Of a stretch of DNA of 64,000 bases, positions 39,301 to 51,007 are shown one piece after another; within the stretch, counting starts at the first letter, position 1; each line of letters begins with the position of its first letter. Location: positions 119,662,001 to 119,726,000 of the forward strand of contig NC_045696.1 of assembly GCF_009834535.1 (NCBI RefSeq). The letters are read 5' to 3'. Under the pieces are notes generated by a model that was not told the DNA's origin, searched no databases, and was given only the letters and a program-made list of their open reading frames with translations. The translations under genes were made by a program, and so were the position numbers. Source of the stretch: Camelus ferus (Eukaryota).

Positions 39301-39497
39301 TGTCCTCTGGCTTTCAAACAGTTACTCTAGCATTTGTCCTAAAACCCCTCAGTCCTTTAGTGGTAACTTTTTTGGGAAGCATTGTACACTATTAATCTAT
39401 TTTCAGTAATTTTGTACCTATTTGTAATTCATAGTTTTGTTTGAGATGGGGGGGTATGATTTTTGACACTTACTTGCCATAATATTCATTCTTGTAG

Positions 39498-39561
39498 GAT
39501 TTGATATAGATACTCCAGATGATTTTGGCAGGACCTGTCTCCATGCAGCTGCAGCTGGAGG
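39498..39561 (+). CDS. ANKRD28: ANKRD28 exon (G)FDIDTPDDFGRTCLHAAAAG(G)
   Basis: ttgtag|GA ... GGAGG|gtatgt; 64 nt. Confidence 0.95.
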
Positions 39562-41061
39562 GTATGTTAACAAAATTTTTACCTTTTTAAAGAAAAGGGT
39601 AGCTGGTCATGGCAGTTTTCCTTTTATCTTGTTTCTCTCTATAACATAACAGAAGTGGTTCGGGAGAAGAAAGTTCAAAAATTGCTTTTTTCATCTTCTC
39701 CCAGCTAAGTAGTAAGTTGTGAATCGGGGTGACAGGACAAACCTATACCAGGGAACACTGCTTTCCCTGAGAAAGCCGGTCCTGGGTGAGTGAAGACCTG
39801 TCCTCAGATGAGAGCATCCGGGCGGTGGGAGTGCTCTGGGGAGGACTCGTGCTCTTTGAGAAGGTGTTTGAGGCTTCGAGTCCGAATCTGAGGGAAAACT
39901 GTTGGTGGTCTATTCATATCTGGCCTCTACTCAGGACTGATATGCAGGAAGAGGAAAATTTGAGATTGAAAGATTTTGGACTAAATTTTAAATATTACTT
40001 ATTAGAAGAAACTAGGCAGTTGGTTTGAATGAACAGCAAATTTCATTTAAAACTCTTGGTCTCTGAAGCATGCTTTTGACCATTGAGATCCGAAATCTGT
40101 GATAAGCCGTTTAATTCATGATGACTTATCAGAAGGACATTTGCAAGAATTTATTCCCGTAATAATTCCTTAAAAATTCCCAGCAGTTTCAGAGGGCAGG
40201 TTTAGGCCAGTCTCCGTTGAAGAGATGGATTGTGAAAGTGTGGCCAGGTCCTCCTGTCTTCCAAGGTCACTGAAGAACCATCCAGTTAAAACGCAACTCC
40301 CTTGTCACCCGCCCGCAGAGCGAGGGACAGCAAAGAGCATGCACATCTGGTCACTTGGCAGTTAGAGTTTTCACTGTAACGTAGGATGTTAGTGTTCAGG
40401 ATCATACAGTGAAATTACAGAAACACCTTCGTGTGTGCCGTGCCCTCTGAAGTTCTAACTACAGGTACACCTGAGTGAGCAGCTGTAGTGTAGACGGGGG
40501 ATGGGGAAGGCTGGCCTGGGCGTCATCTGTATTTTCAGGCTTGTTTGAGGTTTTTTTTTCCCCAGTCCATTTTAATTTAATTCAGTATTAAAAATCACTG
40601 ACATTTAAACCATTCAGTTTTAAGCATGTTGTTTGAAGTTTGATTTTAAAGGTTCCTAAAACCTCTTCAGGAACTTTTACAAATGTGAACTTCTTTTTAA
40701 ACGGTGAAAACGTGACTCCTTTGTTAACTTCCTTCCACGTGCTAATGTAACTTAAAATCAAAGATAAGATGAATTTTAGTGCTCTTGTTCCTTTCTTTTC
40801 AACCCCTTTAATGTGGTTTGGTTCCTGTACAGTGAACTACACATATTTTAGATGTACAGTTTGATGAATTTCGATACAAGTATCCACCAATGAAACCACC
40901 ACCACAATCAAGATAATAGTGTTTTTATTCTTTATAAAATAAAAATCAGTGTTTCATTCACTTTACTCTCGTTTGAAAATATGCATTATGCTTATTTGAA
41001 CCTCCCACTTTCATTATAAAATTACTGACAATCATGTCTTCTAACTATTTTTCCTGGATAG

Positions 41062-41130
41062 GAATTTGGAGTGCCTCAACCTTCTGCTGAATACTGGTGC
41101 AGACTTCAACAAAAAGGACAAATTTGGGAG
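41062..41130 (+). CDS. ANKRD28: ANKRD28 exon NLECLNLLLNTGADFNKKDKFG(R)
   Basis: ggatag|G ... GGGAG|gtaggg; 69 nt. Confidence 0.95.
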
Positions 41131-41833
41131 GTAGGGCGTGATCCAGTTCCTCTGTAGAGCCTAAATAACGCTATTTACTTAATGACTTAATTGACTTCTG
41201 AGAGTTAATTGAATAATTCTGTGTCCTTTGCATTGTGATGACGAGTTGTTGAGAGGCCCAAATAAGTCATAACTTCTAAAAACTCATTCTCACCCAGTCT
41301 TCTTCCAGCTGGGCCCCTGCCACAGCCCCAGGCACCAGCCCCAGCTTGACCTTGTGAGCACTTCTGCACCTCCTAATCCACCCCGCCCCCAATCTGGCCG
41401 TGACAGTGCAGAGCCCGTGGTGCCTGTGCTCCCGCAGAAGACTCACAAGGCTGGGGACTCTCGCACTTCCCCATTCCCTCAGGTCCTTCTTTGTCAGAGA
41501 TGCTGCTGCCTGAGTCTGGTTCCAGAGCACTAGGGAGAGGGTGGGGGCAGGTTCCAGATTTCTGTGTGCTTCCTTCTCCTGTCTCTAACTCCCCGCGCAC
41601 CCTGACAGGGAGTGCAGGGAGCACTGTGGATGGCGGGGCCCCTCTGTAGTCACTCAGCCTGTCCTCATGCTCAGGGTTCAGCCCAGGCCTCACTGGGACT
41701 GGCATCTGTGATGGCAGGACTGAACGCCACCGGTGTCTGCTGAGCACCTGGCATGGGGACCGACCCAGAGTCTGGTAGAGCCACTCAGGGAAGGCACTGA
41801 AGGCAGTGTGAGTTGGTTTGAAAAATGGAGGTG

Positions 41834-41930
41834 AGCACGCTGTAGTGTGTGCAGAGTTTGAATCAAATGTTGTACACATGAGACTTATGTGATGTCATAA
41901 ACCAGTATTACCGCCATAAAAAAAGAAAAT
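41834..41930 (+). mobile_element. About 97-bp extreme 3' end of an L1 with 14-bp TSD
   Basis: L1-type tail (tgttgtacacatgagactt...cataaaccag) plus an A tail. TSD gaaaaatggaggtg 41820-33 and gaaaaatagaggtg 41931-44. Confidence 0.75.
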
Positions 41931-43167
41931 GAAAAATAGAGGTGGCAATGTGAGCAAAACTTTATGTGACCGGAGTTTGAGAACTATCAGAGCATGTGAC
42001 AAGAAAGTGTGTGGTGTGTCAGGGTGAGGCGTGGGGGTGCAGACATCACTAGTTACGTGCGGTCAGGAATCGGAAGCGCGTGTGGAAGAGAAGAAGCGCC
42101 GTCTGACCCCTCAGTGCTTTGAGCAACACGCTGCCCTCGTAAGCCTGCTCGTCCAAGGAACAGATGACCCACAAAATCCAAAATCCCTTTGTTTGATTTT
42201 GGAATGCAGTATTTTTACAGCTAATTTATTTTTGTAAGCATATTCTAATCCAGCTTCTATTAATTAATTTGTAGTACTTGAACACAGGGCTTCTGAAGCC
42301 ATTCTGTGTTTAGAAGCTTGAGAGTGAGGGCTAATGCATTTTCAAAAATACTATTGCTATACTCTGCTGTTATCCAGTGAAGCAAAATAGTGCTGTACTG
42401 TCATTTCACCAGGCAGATGTTTTAGAAAAAAATTATACCATGAAAACTCTAGACTTAAGTCTACCTTCGCTTTTCTGTTGTCTTCTTCAATGAATAGTCA
42501 TGGAATCATCACAGTTTTGTAATCTAAAGGCAAAAAAACTCCTAAATTTAGTAACATTGTTTCATTTCGGTAACTGGGAAGAAATCAGCTACAGATATTC
42601 AGTCTTGAGAAATTAAAACAGTCCTCTAAGTCTTCTGCATGGTGAACAGTCTTCAGAACGATGTGTTTTCTGTGTGGGAAGTCTGACGTTACCAGGGAGC
42701 TCTGCCATAGAGTTGATGTAACAGCATCGTTTCTAATGCTGCTTTTTCTTTCCCTTTGTTCCTCTCCTGAGACCAGACAGAAGCTGCTGCCTCTGTATAT
42801 GACACATTTTTATCAGTATAGGTAGGGGAAGCTTTGTTAAAAGACAGTGTTCAGGTTTCGGAGCAGAACATGAAGGGTGTCTATCATTCACTCAGACGAC
42901 TGAAATTGTTACCGCCTGGGCCCCAGGAAGGAATTAATTGTGTTTCTGTCTTATTTTGTGTTCTTAGAGGCTCCCTGCCATCTTCGTTTCCCCTCCTAGC
43001 TTTCTGTCCAGCCCTTGAAAGTCTCAGTACGAGGCAGAAGGCAATCCCAGGCTTGCTGTGAATGCAGTATTTGTTGACTGGGTAGATCAGCTCTGCTCTT
43101 GTTTCCTAGTCTACGTCCCTGACTTTTTTTTTTTTTTTTTTTTTTTGTATTAACTTGGGCATGAAAG

Positions 43168-43308
43168 GTCTCCGCTGCACTATGCTGCTGCCAACTGCAA
43201 TTACCAGTGCCTGTTTGCTCTTGTGGGGTCGGGAGCAAGCGTGAATGACCTTGATGAAAGAGGATGCACGCCCCTGCACTACGCGGCCACGTCAGACACA
43301 GACGGCAA
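43168..43308 (+). CDS. ANKRD28: ANKRD28 exon [46 protein letters not shown](K)
   Basis: atgaaag|G ... GGCAA|gtgagt; 141 nt. Confidence 0.94.
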
Positions 43309-44290
43309 GTGAGTGTCCCGTGAGGAGGGTGGGGGAGTATCATTTCTGGAGACCAGCGGCTTCCAAATGGATGCAATTTTCATAGCAATTTTATGTTTCT
43401 TTTTTGTATTGTCTTTCCCTGAGTCTCTACTGTGGAAAGTAAGTTGGTTTCATAAACTCTCCTAAACATGGTTATCACTACCTATTTCTACTCAGCAGCC
43501 TGCCTTAGGAACTCATCAGGTAGAAGACAGATTGTGGTCCCTTCTCGTCCTCCCGGGAAAAGCACATCTCTGTCACCTCCGTGCTTTCACCCTCCGACTT
43601 GTCAGAGGCGGCAGTCCTGAGAGTATCACAGGGGAAGGGAGAGCGATACAGGGATGGGGCCGTCAGAAGATTGGGCAGAGGCGGGATACCAGTGTCCTTC
43701 AGAGACGGAGAGTTCGTATTTCCAAGGGATGCTAGTAAATTGGTATCCAAATAAGGGGTAATTGAACTGGCAGAATCCAGCACATAGTTGGTACGCAGTA
43801 TGGCTGAAATAAGCAAATTAGGTAATAGAGTAAGTAAATGTTGGCCAAGAATGAATAAAAACAAAAGAGTGAGAAATTTTTAAATTCTCTCATAATTAAT
43901 ATTTTACCCGGAGTTGATCAGACCCATTGATGGTACTTTACTGTGCATTGCCCTCTCGGAAGAAAACGATCTCCGTGGAGACAGAGCAGAGAGCTTCAGC
44001 GTCTGGGCCAGTGAGGAGCACAAGGGCCCGCAGGAAAAGCAGATGATGGTTTCTGGGGAATGATAGTAGAAAACAGAACTCAAGGAGGCTGCATTTAGCC
44101 TAGAACTATTTCTTTGGTTTTTAATTTTACTTTTTTACCCTCAAAATAAAAAGCATAATTTGATGGTACTGTTCACCAATATTAATTTATTATAAGTTCT
44201 ATAACTCATTTCAAATCCATTTCTGTAAGTAACACTGTTATGTTGGATTTATGACTGAAATCCTCATCTTGAGATTGCTGATAAAATGTA

Positions 44291-44462
44291 CTGTCAGCCC
44301 TTGGAATCTGCTGGTTTCGTATCTGCAGATTTGGAGGGCCGGCTGTGTTACTGCAGGGCTCTGTCCTTGTACTGCACTGTTTTTTATAAGGGACTCGGAG
44401 GTCTGCAGTCTTTGGTACCCGTGGGCTCTCAAATATCCCCCTTGCATACTGAGGGATGACTG
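44291..44462 (-). mobile_element. Short Tigger/MER2-family MITE
   Basis: TA followed by ctgtcagccctt ... gagggatgactg degenerate TIRs; related to the 4458-4778 element. Confidence 0.65.
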
Positions 44463-46609
44463 TTTTCTGTTTAGAGAAATGTATCACTTTATACAATTTC
44501 ATATACACCAGAATACTTAGATATAGATAGATTTTGGGAGAAGTTAAATTATTTGAAGTATGTTTTTGGATAGTAGAGGTTTAAAGAAAATCTGTAATAA
44601 AGACTTTGTGAATTGGAAAACATTTTGTAAACTTGGGTAAGTAGATTGTCCTCTGATTTATAAATTTCATAATTTTAGGATTTGATTTATAGGTTTTCTT
44701 AAAATAGGCTATACCTAAAATGACTACTACCAACAGATAGTCCGTTACCACTTTTCCGAGACATTTGGGTGTTGCTCAGCAAGGTCTCCATAAACCCCAC
44801 CGAGGTCATATGCACACACATGCACAAAGAAATCTCCCCGTGTCCTCCTGCCTTAGATAATTACATGAAACCTGAATTCTTAACGCTAAACAAAAGAATA
44901 TCAATGTGCAACCCATAATGTTTGAGTCTGCAGTTTTATTTTAAGCCAGTCTACTTTTTCTTTAGAAGTATACATAGTACGAAAGTGAATTAAATTATTC
45001 GTTTTCTTATGTAATATAAACTGTTTTGAGCAGTAGACTAGAGATACTTTTTTAAATACTTATTAGTTCTCAGTATCTGCACAGGCAACCTGGTGTACAA
45101 GGAAGAACATGGCTTTGAGATCCAAAAGACCCAGTTTAAATCTCGGGGTCCTCACATTATACGCCTTTGAGCCTGAGCAGGTAATTGTTAAGCAAAAGCT
45201 TCTTTATCTGTAAAATTAGAATGAAACCTACTTTTTAGACTGGCGGGAGGTGGTGGACTGAGATCATGGGTATAAAAGAATCTAGCACTATTTCTTGGAA
45301 CCTCTTTCTTATCTTTAAAGTGTCAGAATCCCAGAGGTCTTGTCTAATGCCATCACTTATTGACTCAATGATTGGTTCCCTAGGAAACTTCTGGAAGCTG
45401 GAAGCCACCATAACCATTGTAGGATACCAAAGGCATCCTTTCAGTACGTGATTGAGGACTAAATAGTAGAATTAAAGAGTCGGTTTATTTTTGTAAACTC
45501 CAAGGGTTTAATTCCCAGGTATAGCTTGGATAATAAGAGAATCTGGAATAATTAAGTCATACTTCTGCCAAAGCAAGACTGAAATATTTTCTAAAAGAAG
45601 AAACAGATTCCCCATAGCTTCAAAGGGCTGTTACCCAGTGATGTGTGTTGGTTTGTTTTTTATTTATTTGTGGTGGTTTTGTTTTTTGGGTTATTTTTTT
45701 AATGACTGATAATGTCCTGTCAGCATCCCCAGGGAAAGTTGCATTCTTTTTGGAGTGTTTGACATTCTGCCATTGGTTTCCTGCTGTTCATAAGTAATTA
45801 CAGCTCTCCTCTGCCTTGTGTCCCTCTGTCCTTATTTTTGGTAAATATAGGAAAAATACATGAAATCTTTCCTGACTCATTCTGCTCATCCTGCTAGTCT
45901 CCCATCATCCTGGTGCCTCGTTCTCTGTAGACAGTCATGACTCAGCAGTCAAGTATATGGTTGCTAACCCAAGAGAAATGTATCAAATGTATGAAATAAA
46001 TTTCCTTTTTGCCTTTTGAAGAGAAGAGGGCTGGCTTTGAGCACGACAGAGACTCTGCCCCATTTCTGTGTGGTGTGTAGCAGAAGGGAAGGCTGGGGTG
46101 GGTTTTCCTGGTTCTGTATGAGGAAGAAGTCCTCCTGGTGGTGCCTTCTCTTCTGCAATAATCACCATTAACGTGTGTATTTCGACACGTGTGTAACTCA
46201 CCCTGTGTCCCTCCCAGTGTAATCGGAGGCACAGGCCTGGTTTGTGTCTGTCTGCAGCCTTCTCCGTGTTCACATAGTCGTATATAAATGTGTCCATGAA
46301 TGTAGAGATGTGTTCCACTGAGATGCACTTTTATGGAGATGGTTGGCATTCTTCACAAAAAATGCATTATTTTGACTTCCAGTAGCATTGTTATTTTCCT
46401 GTTTTTAACTTCATATAACTGGAATCATACAGTTTTTTGTTTAGAACTTTTATAGTCCTTAGATTTATTCCTAAGTACTGGATATTTTTGGCAGTAAGCC
46501 AGAATAAATGTCTTAATTTCATTGTGAAATCGCAAAATACATTTGATGTTCATATACGACTTTTTGTTAAGCATCCTTGTTAAACCCGTCTTGTGTATGT
46601 GTGTAAGAC

Positions 46610-46780
46610 ACCTTTGGGTTTGATAGCAGCTCTGCCACTTGTGGTGGGACCTTGGGCAGGTCACTTAACCTCTGTGCACACTTCCATTTATGAACTGGGA
46701 ATAGCAGTCTGACTTCACTCCCGTGGCTGAATGAGGTACAGGATATCTGAATTGTTTAGAACAACACTTGGCATGTTGTA
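46610..46780 (+). mobile_element. MIR SINE relic (similar relics at ~35660-35780, ~45090-45300, ~47330-47490, ~61815-62030)
   Basis: gctctgccactt...gaccttgggcaggtcacttaacctctgtg MIR core. Confidence 0.7.
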
Positions 46781-48136
46781 AGCAGAGTTAGGAGGGCCTC
46801 CGGTGACCATGGTCCTTCCCCAGGGCACTGACCGGTCATGGGACACATGGGTTTGAGTCGGTCTGCACTTGCACCAGAGAAGGTGGTCACAGTTCCTGGG
46901 TGGTAGGGGAAGAGGAGAGGTTTAAGTAGTGTGAAAGTCACCCTGATTTAAATTATGGGTCTAATTGGTTTGGGGATACTTAATTTGTTTAACAAATGAA
47001 GAAAACCAAATATTTAACAGTAAGTATGGTTTATCACTCAGATATTTAGCAATACATACTCCTCTAGATTTTTGCCTATGTAGTTTGTTTTAGGGGGAGG
47101 AGAGAGATTATAGAGAGATTATCTTTGTTTCTTAATTTTCCGAGATTTATAAAAATGAGCATTTGTGAACTGACAATGAAAAGGAAAAAAAAAAACTGGA
47201 TTGACTCTGCCCCCTCCACCGTATTTGCATATTAAAACTGAAGTCCAGATTTTCAAGATGAAGCAATTTTGTGATTCAGTATTTTACGTGCACCCCTCTC
47301 ACTCCCTAACCGCTGGGCTGGAGCATCTGGTCGCATGGAAAGACCACTAGATGAACAGAAGGCCTGAGGTCCTGTCCTTGCTTTACCGTATTCCAGCCAG
47401 AAGATTGTGAGCAAGTCATTTAATTTCCTGAACCTCAGTGATTTTTTTTTTCATTTGTTAAAGATAATGCTCACAAAGTCGTTAGGAGAATTCATATTGC
47501 TTAGCAAGATCCAAAAGGGGTGCCTGTAGAAGTAATTCTGTAATGTAAATCAGCTCTCAGTCTTTGCCTTGTTACAGGAGACCAGTCATCTAGTAATGTG
47601 AATGTGAACGGTTAAATTATTTTAGACCGTCTGATGCTGTGTCCTTGTGGCTGGTCACTGCACATAGCGCTTTGCGGCTTGCTCTCCCCACTTCAGAAAG
47701 TAAACATGAACTTACCTAGCTTGTTTTGCTTTCCTTAAATAAATCGTTTTTTCAGTACTCATGTATCAGCAAGTTATCTTAAAATAGTTTGTTCCACTGA
47801 TAGAATCTGTCTTGCATTCCAGCCTCAGTAAGGAGAGCTGTTTCTGTTTTATCGTTCACATCAAGGGAAGTTGTTTAAGATAAAAAGATAAGCCCTTGGC
47901 TGAACTGTTTGTGGCTGTGAGGCAGAGAGCCTGTCCTCCCAGCCAAGCCCAAGGGAACATTGACCTTGGAGCCGGGCACCTAGGACGCTGTATACAAACA
48001 GGCTCCATACACTGCTGCACACTTCTGAAGTGCCCTTTGAGCTAGTCTGGGGACACTGGAAACACCAGTCTTGTTCCTTTAGAGTCACATTTGAGTGGTG
48101 GTGTTTTATCATGGTGGCACCCAGTTCATCATGTTT

Positions 48137-48336
48137 GCCTATGTCTTCTTCTAGGAGGTTTGTAGTATCTTGTCTTACATTTAAGTCTTTAAGCCATTTT
48201 GAGTTTTATTTTTGTGTGTGGTGTGAGGGAGTGGTTTAACGTCACTGATTTCCATGCGGCTGCCCAGCTTTCTCAACACCACTTGCTGGAGAGACTGTCT
48301 TTTCTCCATTGTATATCTTGCCTCCTTTGTTGAAGA
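48137..48336 (-). mobile_element. Internal L1 ORF2 fragment with no 3'UTR or poly(A), flanked by a 15-bp direct repeat
   Basis: L1 ORF2 antisense text (tttaagtctttaagccattttgag...caacaccacttgctggagagactgtcttttctccattg). Repeats cagttcatcatgttt 48122-36 and cagtttatcatgttt 48337-51. Confidence 0.85.
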
Positions 48337-49495
48337 CAGTTTATCATGTTTAACTAATGATTTTAGCTTTGTATAAATATCAAAATCCTGCTCAAAAGGG
48401 TGAACATTTGCTACCACTGAGGATATCATAATAAATGTGGATTCTATAAGTAATTCCTAGGAGATCTAAAGGATCTTAAACCAGGTCAGCATTAAAGAAA
48501 TAAGGGTTGGCACTGAAGAGTGGTCCTCATATATGTGATGGAATTACTAAGAGATCATCAGTGCTCTGAGTTCTTCCACTTGTTTTTATGTAACTTGCGT
48601 ATGCGTCTGGAAACTCGACAAGGAGCATTTGATTATGGATTCCCCCGCCCCTCCCCCACCCAGTAGTAGAGTTTGTGTTCAGTTAGATGTATTGCAGCAT
48701 TAGAGAATTATCACTGAATAATCGTGGACTTGGAATGTGAACATGATGGCTTTCAGATTATTTAGTTGAATTCCTACCCCCGTCTATCAGATGAATAAAC
48801 AGAAACCATTTCACCATAAACATGGAAGGATTTGCCTAAGATCACTGGTATCAGACTAACTCTAGAGATAAATCTTTTAATTTCTAATTCAATACTTTTT
48901 TTTGCTACAGTAACAATGAAGTTTGTCAAAATTATAACAAATTGTGAACCTTGTTGACCTTTTACAATGTGGAAGCGTGTCTCCCACGGAAGGCTCTGTC
49001 TTGTTCCCTGCACACCTCTGCGCACTGTCCACACACTCTGTCCTCTGCTTCACAAGCATTGCATCTGACCTTGGCTTCCTGAGATTTCTGCCTCCTTCCT
49101 TGAGCTTCCTAATGAGATCCCATACTTCCTATGTGTTCTAGGTGGATTGGATGCTCCCCCAACCAGGAGGGCAATCCTGTCAAACATTGTCTCAGTGCAG
49201 TAGGTGGTGTCAGAGAGTGACCCGGCCCACAACAGCCTTCGGGTGGGCTGAGCTGCTCATGGACCTGGAGGGGTCCACTTGAAATAAAGAAGATTCTCTC
49301 CTGCGCATTTCCCCTGTTTGTTTATGATAACTTACTGTCAGTGTTATTTAAATGGCAAACTTACGTAGTATGGCTATATTTATGATTTTTTACATTACTC
49401 ACGTGTAAGAAAATGACCAGTCTTTAGTTTGTCTCTGTTGTCATCATTGGTTAAAATGCAGGATTTAGAATTCTAAGTATGTGTTGCTGTAATAG

Positions 49496-49607
49496 GTGCC
49501 TGGAATACTTACTAAGAAACGACGCAAATCCAGGGATCCGGGACAAGCAGGGGTACAATGCAGTCCACTACTCAGCCGCGTACGGCCACCGCCTGTGTCT
49601 TCAGCTG
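49496..49607 (+). CDS. ANKRD28: ANKRD28 exon [37 protein letters not shown]
   Basis: taatag|G ... CTG|gtgagg; 112 nt. Confidence 0.96.
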
Positions 49608-50543
49608 GTGAGGCTGTCGGGTTCCTACGGGGGGTGGCGGGGGGTGCCAGGAGGGGGTTCTGTGCTGACTGTAGGAAAGTGAGAACAAGTGAAGCAGGAA
49701 ACAGATGCCATTGCTTTTCAACTTGTTTAGAATCCCCGTACCTCCTAAATTCGTATGTGCCTCATTAAGTTTTCTCTCATTCCCTTTTTCACAAGGAGAG
49801 GAGAGAGGAGAAGGTGAGCTCCCTGGGGAGCACTGCTGGGTCCTTCCCTTAGAGGCCCTGTGCCCACGCAACATCACCTCCCTGGCCGCTTTATGTTCTC
49901 CAGAAGGGTCTGAAGAGCTGTAACTTTGCCGTGTGGGAGACATAAACATCCCTGTGAGGGGAAGGGTCCCCCTGTGTATTTGGAGCCCTGAAAGGCCACA
50001 TCTTTTAGCAGTCTCTCCTGACAAGGGAGACCCGTCTTCTGCCAAGGAACTTTTTATTTCAGTTGTGGTCTCATTCTTGAAAATACACCATTCACCCCAC
50101 TTTGCCAAACCAAAGGAAAGTAAAAGACATGTTCAGTCAGTCTCAAGTGTGTAGCAGATACTTCAAGTTGGAGATTTCTTCATTTTGACTTAATTATATT
50201 AACATTGTGTCCCTTCAAGGGGAAATAAAACTCAAGGAGAGTGGGTATAAAAGCTAGAAAAAGGAGGTTGACATAGTCAATATAGCATTTAGAATCCTGC
50301 TACAGAAATAAGGTTAGATTATTGTGATATCTTGAGACTAAAATCTTAGGCCCACGTATATAGATTTGTGGTCTATTATATTGTATGATTGTTTATTTGA
50401 AAGACTTAATTTTTGGAGGCAAAGGAGGCAGAAGTTGAGAAGAGTTTAACAAGGCTCTGTAACTAGAGACATGCAGTTAACATTTCTCCCTTTACTGTGC
50501 ACGAACACTTCCTCATCTAAATTTTTTTTTAATTTTATTTCAG

Positions 50544-50570
50544 ATTGCAAGTGAAACTCCTCTAGACGTA
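50544..50570 (+). CDS. ANKRD28: ANKRD28 27-nt microexon IASETPLDV
   Basis: T-rich tract, tttcag|ATT ... GTA|gtaagt; phase 0/0. Confidence 0.93.
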
Positions 50571-50932
50571 GTAAGTATTAGTCAGTGTGCCCCCACAGTT
50601 CAGGGTATTGTCATTACTTACTTGCTCTCCCTGGAGCTGAAGCCTTCTTTACACATGCCTGGGGACAAGGTAGTGACGGGGAGGGAGGTTCTGACCTGGT
50701 GGTCGCGAAATCGCGTCCCCCGCAGACTGAGTTTATAGCCCTCCCTCAGAGCTCTCCATCTGTGATCTTAGCTTGCTGAGTTTAGTTTTCATAATACAAG
50801 TGGTCTGGGATTTGCAAATTCATATTCAGGTATCAATTTATACCCTAAAATGAACTTGAACTTGGGGGAGGGGGCCAGGGAATTAACTGCTCTGGTGTCT
50901 AAAAGTACCATTTCTGACATTTTCTCTCTCAG

Positions 50933-51007
50933 TTAATGGAAACCTCTGGCACAGACATGCTGAATGACTCAGACAATAGAGCAACAATAAGCCCTTTGCA
51001 CTTGGCC
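50933..51007 (+). CDS. ANKRD28: ANKRD28 exon LMETSGTDMLNDSDNRATISPLHLA
   Basis: tctcag|TTA ... GCC|gtgagt; 75 nt. Confidence 0.95.

Noticed and set aside
41373..41879. Longer non-ankyrin ORFs (168 aa here, 178 aa at 49572-50108, 151 aa at 15264-15719)
   Set aside because: No recognisable domain or splice context; expected by chance in GC-richer intron patches.
41131..43167. U12-type intron, suggested by tattaac near an acceptor lacking a pyrimidine tract
   Set aside because: The donor is gtaggg, not the U12 consensus RTATCCTT.
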